From the NCBI GenBank assembly GCA_041650515.1, contig JBAZLA010000002.1, forward strand, positions 167,659 through 231,658: 64,000 bases of DNA. Reading direction: 5' to 3'. Shown piece by piece: positions 1 to 10,762 of this stretch. The translations under genes and the position numbers were made by a program. How positions within the stretch are numbered: the stretch's first letter is position 1; the number at the start of each line of letters is the position of its first letter. The notes below the pieces were generated by a model. The model searched no databases, was not told the origin of the DNA, and saw only the letters and a program-made list of their open reading frames with translations. The stretch comes from Patescibacteria group bacterium. GTDB lineage: Bacteria; Patescibacteriota; Patescibacteriia; JACRDY01.

Positions 1-71
1 TATAACTACAAAAAAAATAACAACTTGTTTTTTACTTAGATAATCCAAAATGTTCATATTTTAAAAAATTA

Positions 72-2936
72 TTACAGCACCTTCCTCAAAAACTTCCCAG
101 TATAACCCTGCGTATCCTTAGCCAATTGTTCGGGTGTGCCAATGGCAATCACTTTGCCGCCCTTGTCACCGCCCTCGGGTCCCAAATCAATAATCCAATC
201 AGCGCATTTGATGACTTCTAAATTATGCTCAATAACCATCACCGTATTGCCTTTATCAACCAACCGATTCAAAATACCCAGCAAGCGCTCAACATCGGCA
301 AAATGCAAACCAGTGGTGGGCTCGTCTAGTATATATAGCGTACGCCCGGTGTCGCGTTTTGACAACTCCGCGGTTAGTTTGATCCGCTGGGCTTCGCCGC
401 CCGAAAGCGTGGTAGCGGATTGACCAAGCTTGATATAACCTAGGCCGACGTCCATCAATGTCTGCAGTTTATTATGAATCCGCGGAATGGGTGCAAAAAA
501 CTGCCAAGCCTCTTCCACGGTCATGTCTAGCACTTGAGCGATATTTTTGTCTTTGTAGATCACCTGCAGCGTTTCCTCATTATAGCGCTGGCCGTGGCAC
601 TGCTCGCAAGTGACATAAACATCAGGCAAAAAATGCATTTCGATTTTAATCAAACCGTCGCCGGAACAGTTGCCGCAACGACCGCCTTCAACATTAAAAC
701 TAAATCGACCCGGACCATAGCCGCGGATCTTAGCTTCTTTGGTCTGGCTAAATAAATCGCGGATATGAGTAAACACGCCGGTGTAGGTGGCGGGATTACT
801 GCGCGGCGTCCGACCGATCGGCGATTGGTCAATAATAATCACCTTATCAACGTAACCAAAATTTTCAATCTGGCGATGAGCACCCGGCGTGACTTTAGCG
901 CCGTAGAGTTTTTTGGCTAAGGCTGGATATAGCGTATCGGAGACTAAAGAAGATTTGCCTGAACCAGACACGCCAGTCACCACCGTCAAGACTTCCACCG
1001 GAAAATCAACGTTAATTTTTTTCAAATTATTATGCTCGGCACCTAAGAGACTAATAAATCCCCGCGGCTTGCGCCGCTTAGCTGGGATGGGAATCTTTTT
1101 CCGACCAGAAAGATATTGGCCGGTGAGCGATTTTTTGTCCGCCAAAATTTGTTTGGGTGTGCCTTGGCTGACAATATGACCACCATGCACCCCGGCCCCG
1201 GGTCCAATATCAATCACTTGATCAGCTGCCAAAATGGTTTCGGCGTCGTGCTCCACCACAATCACGGTATTGCCCAAATCGCGCAAACCGTACAGAGTTT
1301 TGATTAATTTTTGATTATCGCGCTGGTGCAGGCCGATCGACGGTTCGTCAAGAATGTACATTACCCCGCGCAGCTCCGAGCCGATCTGCGTCGCTAGCCT
1401 GATCCGCTGGGCCTCGCCACCCGAAAGTGTGCTGCCCCGCCGTGACAGATTAAGATAATCTAAACCCACGTCGAGCAAAAACCCGCAGCGACTGTTAACT
1501 TCCTTAAGAATTAATTTACCGATTTCGTGCTGGGTTTTATTAAGCTTTAAATCAGCTAAAAATTGGGCTAGTTCGCTGATCGGCATCTGGCTAAGCTGGT
1601 GAATATTCTGCTGACCTAAAGTCACGGCTAAACTCTCGGGCTTAAGCCGCTGGCCCTGGCAGGCGGTACAAGGTTTCTCGATCATATAACGTTCCATTTC
1701 CTGCCGCCGCATTTCTGATTCGGTTTGTTTATAAAGCCGCTCCAGACGCGGAATAATTCCTTTCCAAGTACCAGTCCACTCCCAATAACTATCACTACTC
1801 CGCGAATCAAACCGCCAGTCGATTTCATCTTCCGTACCAAACATTATAATATCGATTGCTTTTTTTGGTAGCCGCTCGGCGGCCACGTCCAGACTAAAAT
1901 GATATTTCTGGGCCAACTTTTCCAGCATCTGACCAAAATAACCCTCCACATTATAACCCTGGGGTTTGATCGCCCCTTCGCTTAGGCTCAAAGTTTTGTC
2001 CGAAATAATTAAATCAGGATCAAATTTCTGAATAAACCCTAGGCCGTGGCAAATCGGGCAAGCGCCAAACGGCGAATTAAAAGAGAAAAGACGCGGCTCG
2101 AGTTTATCTAGATTGATACCACAATCCGGACAAGCTAAATGCTGGGAATAAATTTTTTCTTCCACTTTGGGCCGGTTAACATTATGAGCCGCTGCTGTTT
2201 TAGTAATCAGAACTAAGACCAAACCACTAGCTAGTTTAAGCGCCGTCTCGACCGCACTCTGCAGCCGGCTTTTGTTAGCCGAATCAGCAGTTAGCTTATC
2301 GACCACCACCTCAATATTATGCGGCGCGTAGCGTTCAATGGTTTTTTTGCCTTCGCCTAAATAATCAGTCACCTCGCCCTCCACGCCGTCCACCCGAACT
2401 TTGACGTAGCCTTGGGTGTTAAAAGTATTAAACAGCTGTTCGTAATTACCCTTCTTGCCCCGAACCACTGGCGAGAGGACCTCCACTTTACGACCGTTAA
2501 ACTCACTCAACAAAGTTTTGGTGATTTGCTCGGCATCCTGCGAAGAAATCTCCTGGCCGCATAACGGACAGTGCGGCGTGCCAATCCGGGCGTAGAGCAA
2601 CCGCAAATAATCATAAATCTCCGTCACTGTGCCGACGGTCGACCGCGGATTATGCGAAATGCTTTTTTGTTCAATCGAAATGGCCGGCGAGAGCCCCTTG
2701 ATACTATCAACATCCGGCTTGCCCATGATACCCAAAAACTGCCGAGCATAGCTGGACAAACTCTCCACATAGCGCCGCTGGCCTTCAGCATAGATTGTAT
2801 CAAAAGCTAAAGTGCTTTTACCCGAACCAGATAAGCCGGTAATCACAATCATTTTGTTAATCGGTAAATCAACATTAATGTTTTTAAGGTTGTGCTCACG
2901 TGCCCCGCGGACTTGAATGTATTCTGGTTGGGTCAT
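72..2936 (-). CDS. uvrA: Excinuclease ABC subunit A (UvrA)
   Basis: 954 aa. N-terminus [25 protein letters not shown], and duplicated ABC ATPase Walker A motifs [16 protein letters not shown] and [11 protein letters not shown]. Zinc-finger Cys clusters CPLCGQ and CPDCG. Typical UvrA length and architecture. Confidence 0.95.
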   Translation of the reverse strand: MTQPEYIQVRGAREHNLKNINVDLPINKMIVITGLSGSGKSTLAFDTIYAEGQRRYVESLSSYARQFLGIMGKPDVDSIKGLSPAISIEQKSISHNPRSTVGTVTEIYDYLRLLYARIGTPHCPLCGQEISSQDAEQITKTLLSEFNGRKVEVLSPVVRGKKGNYEQLFNTFNTQGYVKVRVDGVEGEVTDYLGEGKKTIERYAPHNIEVVVDKLTADSANKSRLQSAVETALKLASGLVLVLITKTAAAHNVNRPKVEEKIYSQHLACPDCGINLDKLEPRLFSFNSPFGACPICHGLGFIQKFDPDLIISDKTLSLSEGAIKPQGYNVEGYFGQMLEKLAQKYHFSLDVAAERLPKKAIDIIMFGTEDEIDWRFDSRSSDSYWEWTGTWKGIIPRLERLYKQTESEMRRQEMERYMIEKPCTACQGQRLKPESLAVTLGQQNIHQLSQMPISELAQFLADLKLNKTQHEIGKLILKEVNSRCGFLLDVGLDYLNLSRRGSTLSGGEAQRIRLATQIGSELRGVMYILDEPSIGLHQRDNQKLIKTLYGLRDLGNTVIVVEHDAETILAADQVIDIGPGAGVHGGHIVSQGTPKQILADKKSLTGQYLSGRKKIPIPAKRRKPRGFISLLGAEHNNLKKINVDFPVEVLTVVTGVSGSGKSSLVSDTLYPALAKKLYGAKVTPGAHRQIENFGYVDKVIIIDQSPIGRTPRSNPATYTGVFTHIRDLFSQTKEAKIRGYGPGRFSFNVEGGRCGNCSGDGLIKIEMHFLPDVYVTCEQCHGQRYNEETLQVIYKDKNIAQVLDMTVEEAWQFFAPIPRIHNKLQTLMDVGLGYIKLGQSATTLSGGEAQRIKLTAELSKRDTGRTLYILDEPTTGLHFADVERLLGILNRLVDKGNTVMVIEHNLEVIKCADWIIDLGPEGGDKGGKVIAIGTPEQLAKDTQGYTGKFLRKVL

Positions 2937-2943
2937 ATTTAAA

Positions 2944-4863
2944 TTATTCTTTTTTAAGTTGTTTAATCTTCTCTCGCAGCTCGATCGCCCGTTCGAAATC
3001 TAGCTCTTCGGCCGCGGCTTGCATCGCTAATTCCAATTCAACAATCAGCTGTTCCCGATCTAATTCTTTACCTTGGAGATCGGGCAGAATCACTTCTTCC
3101 TGGATTTTAATTTCTTTAATAATCGACTGCGGGGTAATGCCGTGTTTCTGATTATATTCTTGTTGAATCAACCGCCGACGGTTAGTTTCGTCAATTGCTT
3201 CCTTGATCGAGCCGGTCTCTTGATCAGCGTACATAATCACGCGAGAATTAACATTACGCGCCGCCCGACCAATAGTTTGAATCAAGCTGCGAGCGTTGCG
3301 CAAAAAACCTTCTTGATCGGCGTCAAGAATCGCCACCAGAGCCACTTCGGGAATATCTAGTCCTTCGCGAAGTAGATTAATACCAACCAAAACATCAAAC
3401 TTACCTAAACGCAGATCCTGAATAATTTTGGTCCGCTCCATCGTATCAATTTCGCTGTGCATGTAGCGGGCTTTAATTTTTTGCTCCAACAGATAGCTGG
3501 TTAGATCTTCAGCCAAACGTTTGGTCAAAGTGGTGACTAAAACACGATAACCCTGATCAACGGTTTTGTTGATTTCTGCTTGCACATCCTGCACCTGCCC
3601 GGTTGCTGGTTTAATAATAATTTCTGGGTCCACCAAGCCAGTCGGCCGAATAATTTGCTCAACTACTTGGCCAGAATTTTGAAATTCATAATCAGCTGGC
3701 GTCGCGGAAACATAGATTACCTTATTCAAATACTTTTCAAACTCATCAAAAGTCAGTGGTCGGTTGTCATAAGCCGATGGCAAACGAAAACCATGATCAA
3801 TCAGATTAGCCTTACGCGAACGATCACCGCCGTACATCCCGTGCACTTGAGGCAAGCTAACATGACTTTCATCGATTACCAATAACCAATCACCCTTGGA
3901 TTTAAAATAATCTATCAAAGTATAGGGTTGCTCGCCTGGCTGCCGACCGTCAAAATGTCGCGAATAGTTTTCAATGCCCTTGCAATAGCCTAGCTCCTGG
4001 ATCATTTCCAAATCATAATTAGTCCGTTTTTCCAGCCGATAAGCCTCAATTTGACCCAACTGAGGCAAACGCTCTTTAAGCTCTTGGCGGATATCTCGCA
4101 GCGCCTGATCACGACCTGTTTCCGAAATGACAAAATGTCGCGCTGGGAAAATCCAAATATTGCGCAGTTCGCCGATTTTTTTAAACGAAATCGCTGTTAG
4201 CTCCGTAATCTTGATCAGCCGACTTTCATCAAACTCTAAACGCCAGACCGCCGTACTCGAAGCGGCCACCAGCTCAACAATACTGCCACGCACCCGAAAA
4301 CTACCACCTTTTAAACGGGCATCGTGGTTCTCGTACTGAATACTAACCAACATCTCAACTAATTCACGCGGGGTTAATTTCTGACCGACTTTGAGTTCAA
4401 ACGCGCTGGCTTTAAAATTATCCGGCTTGCCCAAACCGTAGATACAGGAAACCGAAGAGATAACGATCACATCATCTCGTGACATCAAACTGGCCGTTGC
4501 TTCTAATCGTAGCTGCTCAATTTTTTCATTGATTTGAACATCTTTCTCAATGTAAGTGTCGGTAATCGGCAGATAGCTCTCCGGCTGATAATAATCATAA
4601 TAAGAAACAAAAAAACAAACCTTATTATCAGGAAAAAAAGCCCGAAACTCATTATAGAGCTGGGCGGCCAAAGTTTTATTGTGCGACAAAACTAGAGTCG
4701 GCCGGTTGATCTTGTTGATCACGTTAGCCACGGTAAAAGTTTTGCCCGATCCGGTGACACCTAAAAGCGTCTGCTGACCATACTTTTTATAGCCAGAAAT
4801 TAAATCCTTGATCGCTTTAGGTTGATCACCCTTAGGCTCAAATTTGGTTTGTAGATTAAACAT
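2944..4863 (-). CDS. uvrB: Excinuclease ABC subunit B (UvrB)
   Basis: The tracked ORF runs to 4947. Its first 28 codons (MKYKGLNSTFVGHNFPLYSILHTLYFKN) are encoded by an intergenic heptad-repeat hairpin. The canonical UvrB N-terminus [21 protein letters not shown] begins at the ATG whose complement 'cat' is at 4861-4863. Helicase motifs [12 protein letters not shown] and QTIGRAARN, and a C-terminal UvrB/UvrC interaction helix (ELREKIKQL). Confidence 0.93.
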   Translation of the reverse strand: MFNLQTKFEPKGDQPKAIKDLISGYKKYGQQTLLGVTGSGKTFTVANVINKINRPTLVLSHNKTLAAQLYNEFRAFFPDNKVCFFVSYYDYYQPESYLPITDTYIEKDVQINEKIEQLRLEATASLMSRDDVIVISSVSCIYGLGKPDNFKASAFELKVGQKLTPRELVEMLVSIQYENHDARLKGGSFRVRGSIVELVAASSTAVWRLEFDESRLIKITELTAISFKKIGELRNIWIFPARHFVISETGRDQALRDIRQELKERLPQLGQIEAYRLEKRTNYDLEMIQELGYCKGIENYSRHFDGRQPGEQPYTLIDYFKSKGDWLLVIDESHVSLPQVHGMYGGDRSRKANLIDHGFRLPSAYDNRPLTFDEFEKYLNKVIYVSATPADYEFQNSGQVVEQIIRPTGLVDPEIIIKPATGQVQDVQAEINKTVDQGYRVLVTTLTKRLAEDLTSYLLEQKIKARYMHSEIDTMERTKIIQDLRLGKFDVLVGINLLREGLDIPEVALVAILDADQEGFLRNARSLIQTIGRAARNVNSRVIMYADQETGSIKEAIDETNRRRLIQQEYNQKHGITPQSIIKEIKIQEEVILPDLQGKELDREQLIVELELAMQAAAEELDFERAIELREKIKQLKKE

Positions 4864-4868
4864 ATTCT

Positions 4869-4966
4869 TAAAGTATAGAGTATGAAGTATAGAGTATAGA
4901 GGGAAATTGTGCCCCACGAACGTGGAATTAAGCCCTTTATACTTCATACTCTATACTGCATACTAA
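4869..4966. repeat. Heptad-periodic inverted-repeat hairpin element (GTATAGA/GTATGAA arrays)
   Basis: Left arm aagtatagagtatgaagtatagagtatagag. Right arm tatacttcatactctatactgcatacta. Central ~36 nt has its own small hairpin ccacgaacgtgg. Lies between the uvrB start and the terminator of the HD gene. Confidence 0.75.
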
Positions 4967-5162
4967 AATAGGGCACCGGTATTTAGAGCCATACCCGCGC
5001 TCGGACCAAAATTAGATTGTTCAGTCATTTTACTACAGCTATTTAACTTAGTCAAAACCATCTTTACAGCCTTGGTTAAATAGGCTAAAATTCTTTGTGC
5101 GGACCTGAAGTCGATACCCTTGCATTACTCAAAGTTAGGGGTTCATCCCTTCAGGCCGCTTA

Positions 5163-5190
5163 AAAAACCCGCTAGTTAGCGGATTTTTTA
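5163..5190. terminator. Bidirectional intrinsic terminator downstream of the HD-domain gene
   Basis: aaaaaa-cccgctagttagcggg(a)-tttttt. Confidence 0.6.
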
Positions 5191-5198
5191 GTCTAAAT

Positions 5199-6059
5199 TT
5201 ATTCTCTAATAACTTCCAAGTAGCGTCGCGCTACCGCAATACTAGTTGGGTTTTGTTTGATCGCTCCAACTAACCGCGAATCCAAACCTTGCTTCTTAAC
5301 TAAGGCTTCAATTTGCGGCGTTTGAGCCTCAACCTCAGCGTCAGTAGCGGCAGTAATCCTAGGCTCAACCTTAGATAGGCTATCACCCAAAAATAAAACG
5401 CCGATTTCTTCTTTAAAATCGGGAAATTTATCAGCAATCAGGCGACAAATCTCGGCGCATTGATCGCTGGCGGCAAAAGCTAAATTATATTCTTGATCAG
5501 ACTCTTTTACCCGATCTCGCGCTTCACCTAGTTCATAGTGTAAACCAGCACAGCGAGCCACATACTCAATCTGTTGCTCGGTTAGGCCACAATCTCGACG
5601 TAATAAACTTTGAATCTGGGGACGATGCAAAATAAAATCTTCCGATCGGCCTTCGTGCCCGCCATAATTTGGACGACCGCCTTTTTTCTTAAAATAACGT
5701 TTGAATTTACCTACGTCGTGCAGAGCCACCGCGATTGTCAACAACTCATCTTTACTTCGACCATCAATTTGCTGCGCCAACTTCTGATCAATCTGTGGAG
5801 CTACTCCCCACTGCTCTAAATATTGAGGAATCTCTTTTTGGTAAACTTCGAGAAATTTTTGAGTATGAGTAATAATTCCCCACTGATGCCAACGCGGCTC
5901 ATGCTCTTGGGGATCATCGGGATTTTTTTTAAAATTAATATTCTCCGGCCGATCATCAATAATCGCTCGGGCGATCTCTGGCAAATGGCCAACTATATCT
6001 TTAGCCGCCTGGTCACGAGTATCTGTAAGAGTATATTCTTGGCCGCTTTCACGCACCAT
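5199..6059 (-). CDS. HD-domain-like hypothetical protein (putative metal-dependent phosphohydrolase)
   Basis: The ORF continues to 6104, but that would overlap the topA stop. The internal Met (MVRESGQEY) at 6059 leaves a 4-nt gap after the topA stop. Contains an HD-like motif LHDVGK. No closer family assignment is possible by eye. Confidence 0.55.
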   Translation of the reverse strand: MVRESGQEYTLTDTRDQAAKDIVGHLPEIARAIIDDRPENINFKKNPDDPQEHEPRWHQWGIITHTQKFLEVYQKEIPQYLEQWGVAPQIDQKLAQQIDGRSKDELLTIAVALHDVGKFKRYFKKKGGRPNYGGHEGRSEDFILHRPQIQSLLRRDCGLTEQQIEYVARCAGLHYELGEARDRVKESDQEYNLAFAASDQCAEICRLIADKFPDFKEEIGVLFLGDSLSKVEPRITAATDAEVEAQTPQIEALVKKQGLDSRLVGAIKQNPTSIAVARRYLEVIRE

Positions 6060-6063
6060 ATTA

Positions 6064-8271
6064 TTACTTCTTATTAGTTGAGCACTCTTTATTACTACAG
6101 CCAACCTTACCCTGTTTTTGGTAAACCATCAAACTATTGCAAATCGAACATTTGGCGCCAGTTGGTTTAGTCCACACGGTAAATTTACAATCAGGGTAAC
6201 GGCTACAACCGTAAAAAGTGCCTCGCTTGCTCCGTCGCTCAATGATATCACCGCTGCCACATTCTGGACACTTAACTCCAGTGGGCTTCAATATCTGCTT
6301 AGTTGTTTTACACGCTGGATAATCGGAGCAAGCAATAAATTTACCAAACCGACCGGTCTTCATTATCATCGGCTTACCGCATTTGGGACATTGTTCATCA
6401 ATCACCTCAGCTGGCTCAGCCTGTCCCTCACCATTAATATTTTTGGTATTTTTACATTCGGGATAACCAGTACAGGCCAAAAATTTGCCAAACCGGCCGG
6501 TCTTGATAATCATCGGCTGACCACATTTTTCACAAACTTCATCAGTTTTTTCATTCACTAGCTCATCTTTGCTAACTTCCTCATATTTCTTTTCTAAATT
6601 TTGGCTAAATGGTTCATAAAACTTTTTAATCATCGGCTGCCATTCTAGCTCGCCTTCGGCAACACTATCTAGCTCTTCTTCTAGCTCAGCCGTAAAATCA
6701 TAATCAACCACCTGCGGAAAATGCTCCACCAATAGATCGCTGACCAAGAAGGCAATATCCGTGGGTTTAAGACGACGGCCATCACGCTCAACATAGTGTC
6801 GAGTGATAATGGTCGCGATAATTGGCGCGTAAGTTGATGGCCGGCCGATCCCCTTTTCTTCCAGGGCTTTAACTAAGGTCGCGTCGCTATAACGCGCTGG
6901 CGGCTGAGTAAAATGCTGTAATGGTTCTAATTTTAATAAATCCAAAACCTCGTCTTTTTGAACATCGGGCAAAATTACTTCTTCGCTGGACTGTGGATAA
7001 ATTTTCAAAAAACCGGCGAATTTAATTACCTGACCAGTGGCGCGGAAAATATAATTAGTCTTATCGTTTTTAACATCAACCGCCGTGTTAGCCAAAACCG
7101 CCCCGGCCATCTGGCTGGCAATCGTCCGCCGCCAAATTAAATCATACAGTCTATATTGTTGTGGACTTAAAAACTCTTTGATTTGCTCGGGCAGGTTGTT
7201 CGGATCAGTGGGGCGGATTGCTTCATGAGCCTCCTGGGCGCCCTTGCTATTATTCTTAAATCGCCGCGGTGAACCCAAACTAAACTCTTGGCCATACTGG
7301 CTTTTAATGAATTGACTAGCTTCATTTAAAAAACGATCGGCTAAAATTAAAGAATCCGTACGCATGTAAGTGATCAAACCAATTTGCCCTCGCGAACCCA
7401 GTTTAATACCTTCATAAAGCTGCTGAGCAATCATCATGGTTTGTTTGGCTGAGAAGCCCAAACGACGATTGGCTTCTTGCTGCAGGGTAGAAGTCCGAAA
7501 TGGCGGCAGCGGACTTTTTTGAGTTTCTTTTTTCTCTACCTCGGCCACTTGATAAACCGCGCTGATTAATTTATCCGTAATCAATTTAGCTTCTGTCTCA
7601 GACTTAATCGCCAGCTTATCCAAAACCTTGTCATCCACCTTATGCAGCTTAGCGCGAAATTGACCGTCACCTGTCTTTTGTAAATCAACCTCAACACTCC
7701 AGTATTCTTCCTTAATAAATTTATCAATCTCCCGCTCGCGTTCAACGATTAAACGAACCGCTACTGATTGCACCCGGCCGGCTGATAAACCACGCACCAC
7801 CTTTTTCCAAAGAAACGGTGACAATTTATAACCAACCAAACGGTCCAAGACTCGCCGAGCTTGTTGCGCATCAACTAAATGAGAATCAATCTGCCGCGGA
7901 TTTTTGAGCGCTTCGGCCACCGCCTCATTAGTAATTTCGTGAAAAGCAATCCGCGACTGCTTGTCTTCTGGTAATTTAAAAATCTGCGATAAATGCCAAG
8001 CAATCGCCTCGCCCTCGCGGTCCTCGTCAGTAGCGTAGTAGACTTTATCAGCCTTGGCGGCTTCTTTTTTAAGCGCCGTCAACCTTTTTTGGTTTGCCCG
8101 AAAAACAATATATTTGGGTGTAAAATTGTTATCAACATCCACCCCCAGCTGCGATTTGGGCAAATCACGAACGTGGCCATAAGATGAATCAACTTTAAAA
8201 TCACGACCCAAAAATTTACTAATGGTTTTGGCCTTAGTTGGTGATTCGACAATAACTAGATTCTTAGCCAT
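6064..8271 (-). CDS. topA: DNA topoisomerase I
   Basis: 735 aa. Toprim N-terminus MAKNLVIVESPTKAKTISKFLG with active-site region YMRTDS. C-terminal region has several C4 zinc ribbons (CEKCGQPM, CPKCGKPM, CPECGSG). Lies in the conserved dprA-topA neighbourhood. Confidence 0.93.
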   Translation of the reverse strand: MAKNLVIVESPTKAKTISKFLGRDFKVDSSYGHVRDLPKSQLGVDVDNNFTPKYIVFRANQKRLTALKKEAAKADKVYYATDEDREGEAIAWHLSQIFKLPEDKQSRIAFHEITNEAVAEALKNPRQIDSHLVDAQQARRVLDRLVGYKLSPFLWKKVVRGLSAGRVQSVAVRLIVEREREIDKFIKEEYWSVEVDLQKTGDGQFRAKLHKVDDKVLDKLAIKSETEAKLITDKLISAVYQVAEVEKKETQKSPLPPFRTSTLQQEANRRLGFSAKQTMMIAQQLYEGIKLGSRGQIGLITYMRTDSLILADRFLNEASQFIKSQYGQEFSLGSPRRFKNNSKGAQEAHEAIRPTDPNNLPEQIKEFLSPQQYRLYDLIWRRTIASQMAGAVLANTAVDVKNDKTNYIFRATGQVIKFAGFLKIYPQSSEEVILPDVQKDEVLDLLKLEPLQHFTQPPARYSDATLVKALEEKGIGRPSTYAPIIATIITRHYVERDGRRLKPTDIAFLVSDLLVEHFPQVVDYDFTAELEEELDSVAEGELEWQPMIKKFYEPFSQNLEKKYEEVSKDELVNEKTDEVCEKCGQPMIIKTGRFGKFLACTGYPECKNTKNINGEGQAEPAEVIDEQCPKCGKPMIMKTGRFGKFIACSDYPACKTTKQILKPTGVKCPECGSGDIIERRSKRGTFYGCSRYPDCKFTVWTKPTGAKCSICNSLMVYQKQGKVGCSNKECSTNKK

Positions 8272-8274
8272 ATT

Positions 8275-9561
8275 TTAAACTGTTCTTTCTTTTAAAATTT
8301 TAGTCTCCGAACGCCAGTGCCGCCGTAACTGACCAGCTAAATAGAATGAACCAGTAACAACAATTAAATCCTGCGGTTTAGCTAATTTTAGAACCAGCTG
8401 CAGAGCCTTAACTGGATCCGGGATTACTTTCACTTTTTTGCTACAACCCATTTGTTTAGCTAACTGTTGGGGCGAATAACAATGACGCTGCGTCGAACGA
8501 TAACCAGTAACTAGGATTTGGTCAGCCACCTTTCTAATCCCGGCGGTGATTTCTTCCACCGGCCGGCCACTGGTCAGAGCAATAATAAAATATAACTTTT
8601 GGTATGTCAAACTTTTGATCGCGGCGAGTGTCGTTGTCATCTTCGAAGTATTATGAGCGCCATCTAGAACTATCAACGGCTTTTTCTGAACTATTTCTAA
8701 GCGGCATGGTAATTTAACTTTGACTAAACCGCGTTTAATTTTGATTAGACTAATACCCAAAAACTTGGCTACCGCTACGGCTAAAGCGGCATTATTCTGT
8801 TGGTGTTGACCCAACAAATTTAATTGATAAATCTGCTTAGCTGGTTGAATTAGATTGAATGGTACCTTATGTTGATGACAAGTTTGGCGAAAAACTGCCA
8901 AAACTGCTGGCCTTTGGGTAATGGTAAAAAAATGGGTTCCAGGTTTAATAATACCCGCTTTCTCAAAGGCAATCTTTTTTAAATTATGGCCTAGAATTTC
9001 AGTATGATCATAATCAATTAAATTAATCACTGTGGCCACCGCTGGGGGAATAATATTGGTCGCATCATAACGTCCACCCAAACCAACTTCAAGCACGACA
9101 TAGTCACACTTCTTCCGCCAAAAATAAAGCAAGGCCAAAGCAGTCCAAATCTCGAAATAAGACGGGCAGCCATAAGGTGAATGCGCAGTCGCCCAGTCGA
9201 TCATCGGTTTAAGCTCATTAACCAAATTAACAAAATCGTTCGGGCTAATTAACCGATTATCAATCTTTATTTTTTCAATCGCCGTGGTAATCTCCGGCGA
9301 AGTATACAATCCGACGCGATATCCCGCCTCGGTCAAAATAGACTGAATCATCGTCGCCACCGATCCTTTACCGCTAGTACCGCCAACGTGGATAAACTTG
9401 AGTTTTTTTTCGGGATTACCCAGTAATTTTAAAAAATAAGCTAAACGTTTCAAAAATAGTTCGCCCTGCTTATCGCCAACCAAGTAATCAAATTTAGTTC
9501 GCTGAAAAATTGAATCTAAGTATTGAAGTGCCGCTTGATATTTTTTTAGGTTTAATGCCAT
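8275..9561 (-). CDS. folC: Mur-ligase-family protein, FolC-like (folylpolyglutamate / dihydrofolate synthase-like)
   Basis: 428 aa. P-loop HVGGTSGKGS, and a DGAHN motif (LIVLDGAHNT) typical of FolC / Mur ligase family. Confidence 0.7.
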   Translation of the reverse strand: MALNLKKYQAALQYLDSIFQRTKFDYLVGDKQGELFLKRLAYFLKLLGNPEKKLKFIHVGGTSGKGSVATMIQSILTEAGYRVGLYTSPEITTAIEKIKIDNRLISPNDFVNLVNELKPMIDWATAHSPYGCPSYFEIWTALALLYFWRKKCDYVVLEVGLGGRYDATNIIPPAVATVINLIDYDHTEILGHNLKKIAFEKAGIIKPGTHFFTITQRPAVLAVFRQTCHQHKVPFNLIQPAKQIYQLNLLGQHQQNNAALAVAVAKFLGISLIKIKRGLVKVKLPCRLEIVQKKPLIVLDGAHNTSKMTTTLAAIKSLTYQKLYFIIALTSGRPVEEITAGIRKVADQILVTGYRSTQRHCYSPQQLAKQMGCSKKVKVIPDPVKALQLVLKLAKPQDLIVVTGSFYLAGQLRRHWRSETKILKERTV

Positions 9562-9574
9562 GAGTAGTAATTAA

Positions 9575-10693
9575 TTACTCTCTATTAATATCCTCACCAA
9601 CTGATTCTGTCAAATCAGCCGCTGAATAAATATCGCCATTGATTAAATCAATCTGGGTAAAAATTTTGGCTGCTTCGGTTTGAGTCGCCAGCCGCGGCGT
9701 GGAATAATTTTCAATAATCACTGGCTGTAATTTTAGAGAAACCAACTTTTTATTCTCCCAAATGGCCTGCAAAACCAAACCTTCCTTAGTTTCCTGTGAC
9801 CATTCCTGATCAAAAACAAAATTACCCAGGGAATAAAAAATCCAGCCTTCATTATATTGCTCAACTAGCTGTGTTACATGTGGATGGTGACCAATAATTA
9901 AGCTGGCGCCAGCCTCAATCGCCCGGTGAGCAAAATCCTGCTGCTGCTGGTTAGGCAAAAAAGTATATTCAATGCCAGCGTGCATGGAAACAACGATAAT
10001 ATCCGCTTCTTTTTTCAATTGAGTAATATCTTGACTAAGCTGCTCGAAATCAAAATTATTTAGAACTGGTGAAGAATAATTAACAATCGGTTCATAAGTA
10101 TAAGCTAAAAAGCCAAAAGTGGTATCATTAACTTTAATTTTGACCCCTTGGTGAGCGGTAATAAAATCAACGCCCGCGCCAATCGGCAAAATACCATTAT
10201 CATTTAAATAATCTAATGAATAAAGCAAGCCTTGGCGACCCTGATTTAAATTATGGTTATTAGCTAATGATAAAACATCAAAACCAGCCAATTTTAACCC
10301 AGCTATGGCCTCGGGCTGAGCCTTAAAACTCATACCTTCAAAGATCGGCTGACCAGTAGCAAACGGCGACTCTAAATTGCCAAAAGTAATATCGGCTTGG
10401 CTAAGTAGCGGTGCCAAATTTTTAAAAGGTAGGGTGAAATCGTCGGCTTGATGCATCTGCCAAGCTACGTGTCGCGAAAGCATAATATCGCCCACCGCCA
10501 CTAGGGTAATCGTGGCCGGCTGGGCAGGCTCCAACTTATTTGGAACATCAACTATATTATTAATAGTATAACTAGCCGACTCGACCGAACCACCGCTAAG
10601 CTGATAAACCAAAGTTAAAATCAAAATCACCCAAACAAGGGGTAATAAAACCATCGCCACTATCAAACCGATTTCTTTTCTATTCTTAAGCAT
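9575..10693 (-). CDS. CapA/PgsA-family metallophosphatase-like protein (poly-gamma-glutamate synthesis family)
   Basis: 372 aa with an N-terminal TM helix. Motifs VAVGDIMLSRHV, GNLESP, NNHNLNQG, MHAGIEY and GHHPHV match the CapA/PgsA calcineurin-like family. Confidence 0.72.
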   Translation of the reverse strand: MLKNRKEIGLIVAMVLLPLVWVILILTLVYQLSGGSVESASYTINNIVDVPNKLEPAQPATITLVAVGDIMLSRHVAWQMHQADDFTLPFKNLAPLLSQADITFGNLESPFATGQPIFEGMSFKAQPEAIAGLKLAGFDVLSLANNHNLNQGRQGLLYSLDYLNDNGILPIGAGVDFITAHQGVKIKVNDTTFGFLAYTYEPIVNYSSPVLNNFDFEQLSQDITQLKKEADIIVVSMHAGIEYTFLPNQQQQDFAHRAIEAGASLIIGHHPHVTQLVEQYNEGWIFYSLGNFVFDQEWSQETKEGLVLQAIWENKKLVSLKLQPVIIENYSTPRLATQTEAAKIFTQIDLINGDIYSAADLTESVGEDINRE

Positions 10694-10762
10694 AAATATA
10701 ATTTGTTCGCTGCAAGTTAATCAATATTTATTAATTCCAAAGCGCTAGACCTATAAACCCAA

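Noticed and set aside
136-423. Short ORFs nested antisense within uvrA, uvrB, topA, ppsA and other large genes (136-423, 534-755, 3073-3360, 6118-6561, 59913-60251 and others)
   Set aside because: They are fully embedded in well-supported genes on the opposite strand, and have no RBS or motifs.
5100-5160. cggacctgaag...cttcaggccg 10-bp stem enclosing 37 nt upstream of the HD-gene terminator as a possible riboswitch
   Set aside because: It lies downstream, not upstream, of the only nearby co-oriented gene. It has no conserved riboswitch motifs. It may simply add to the terminator structure.
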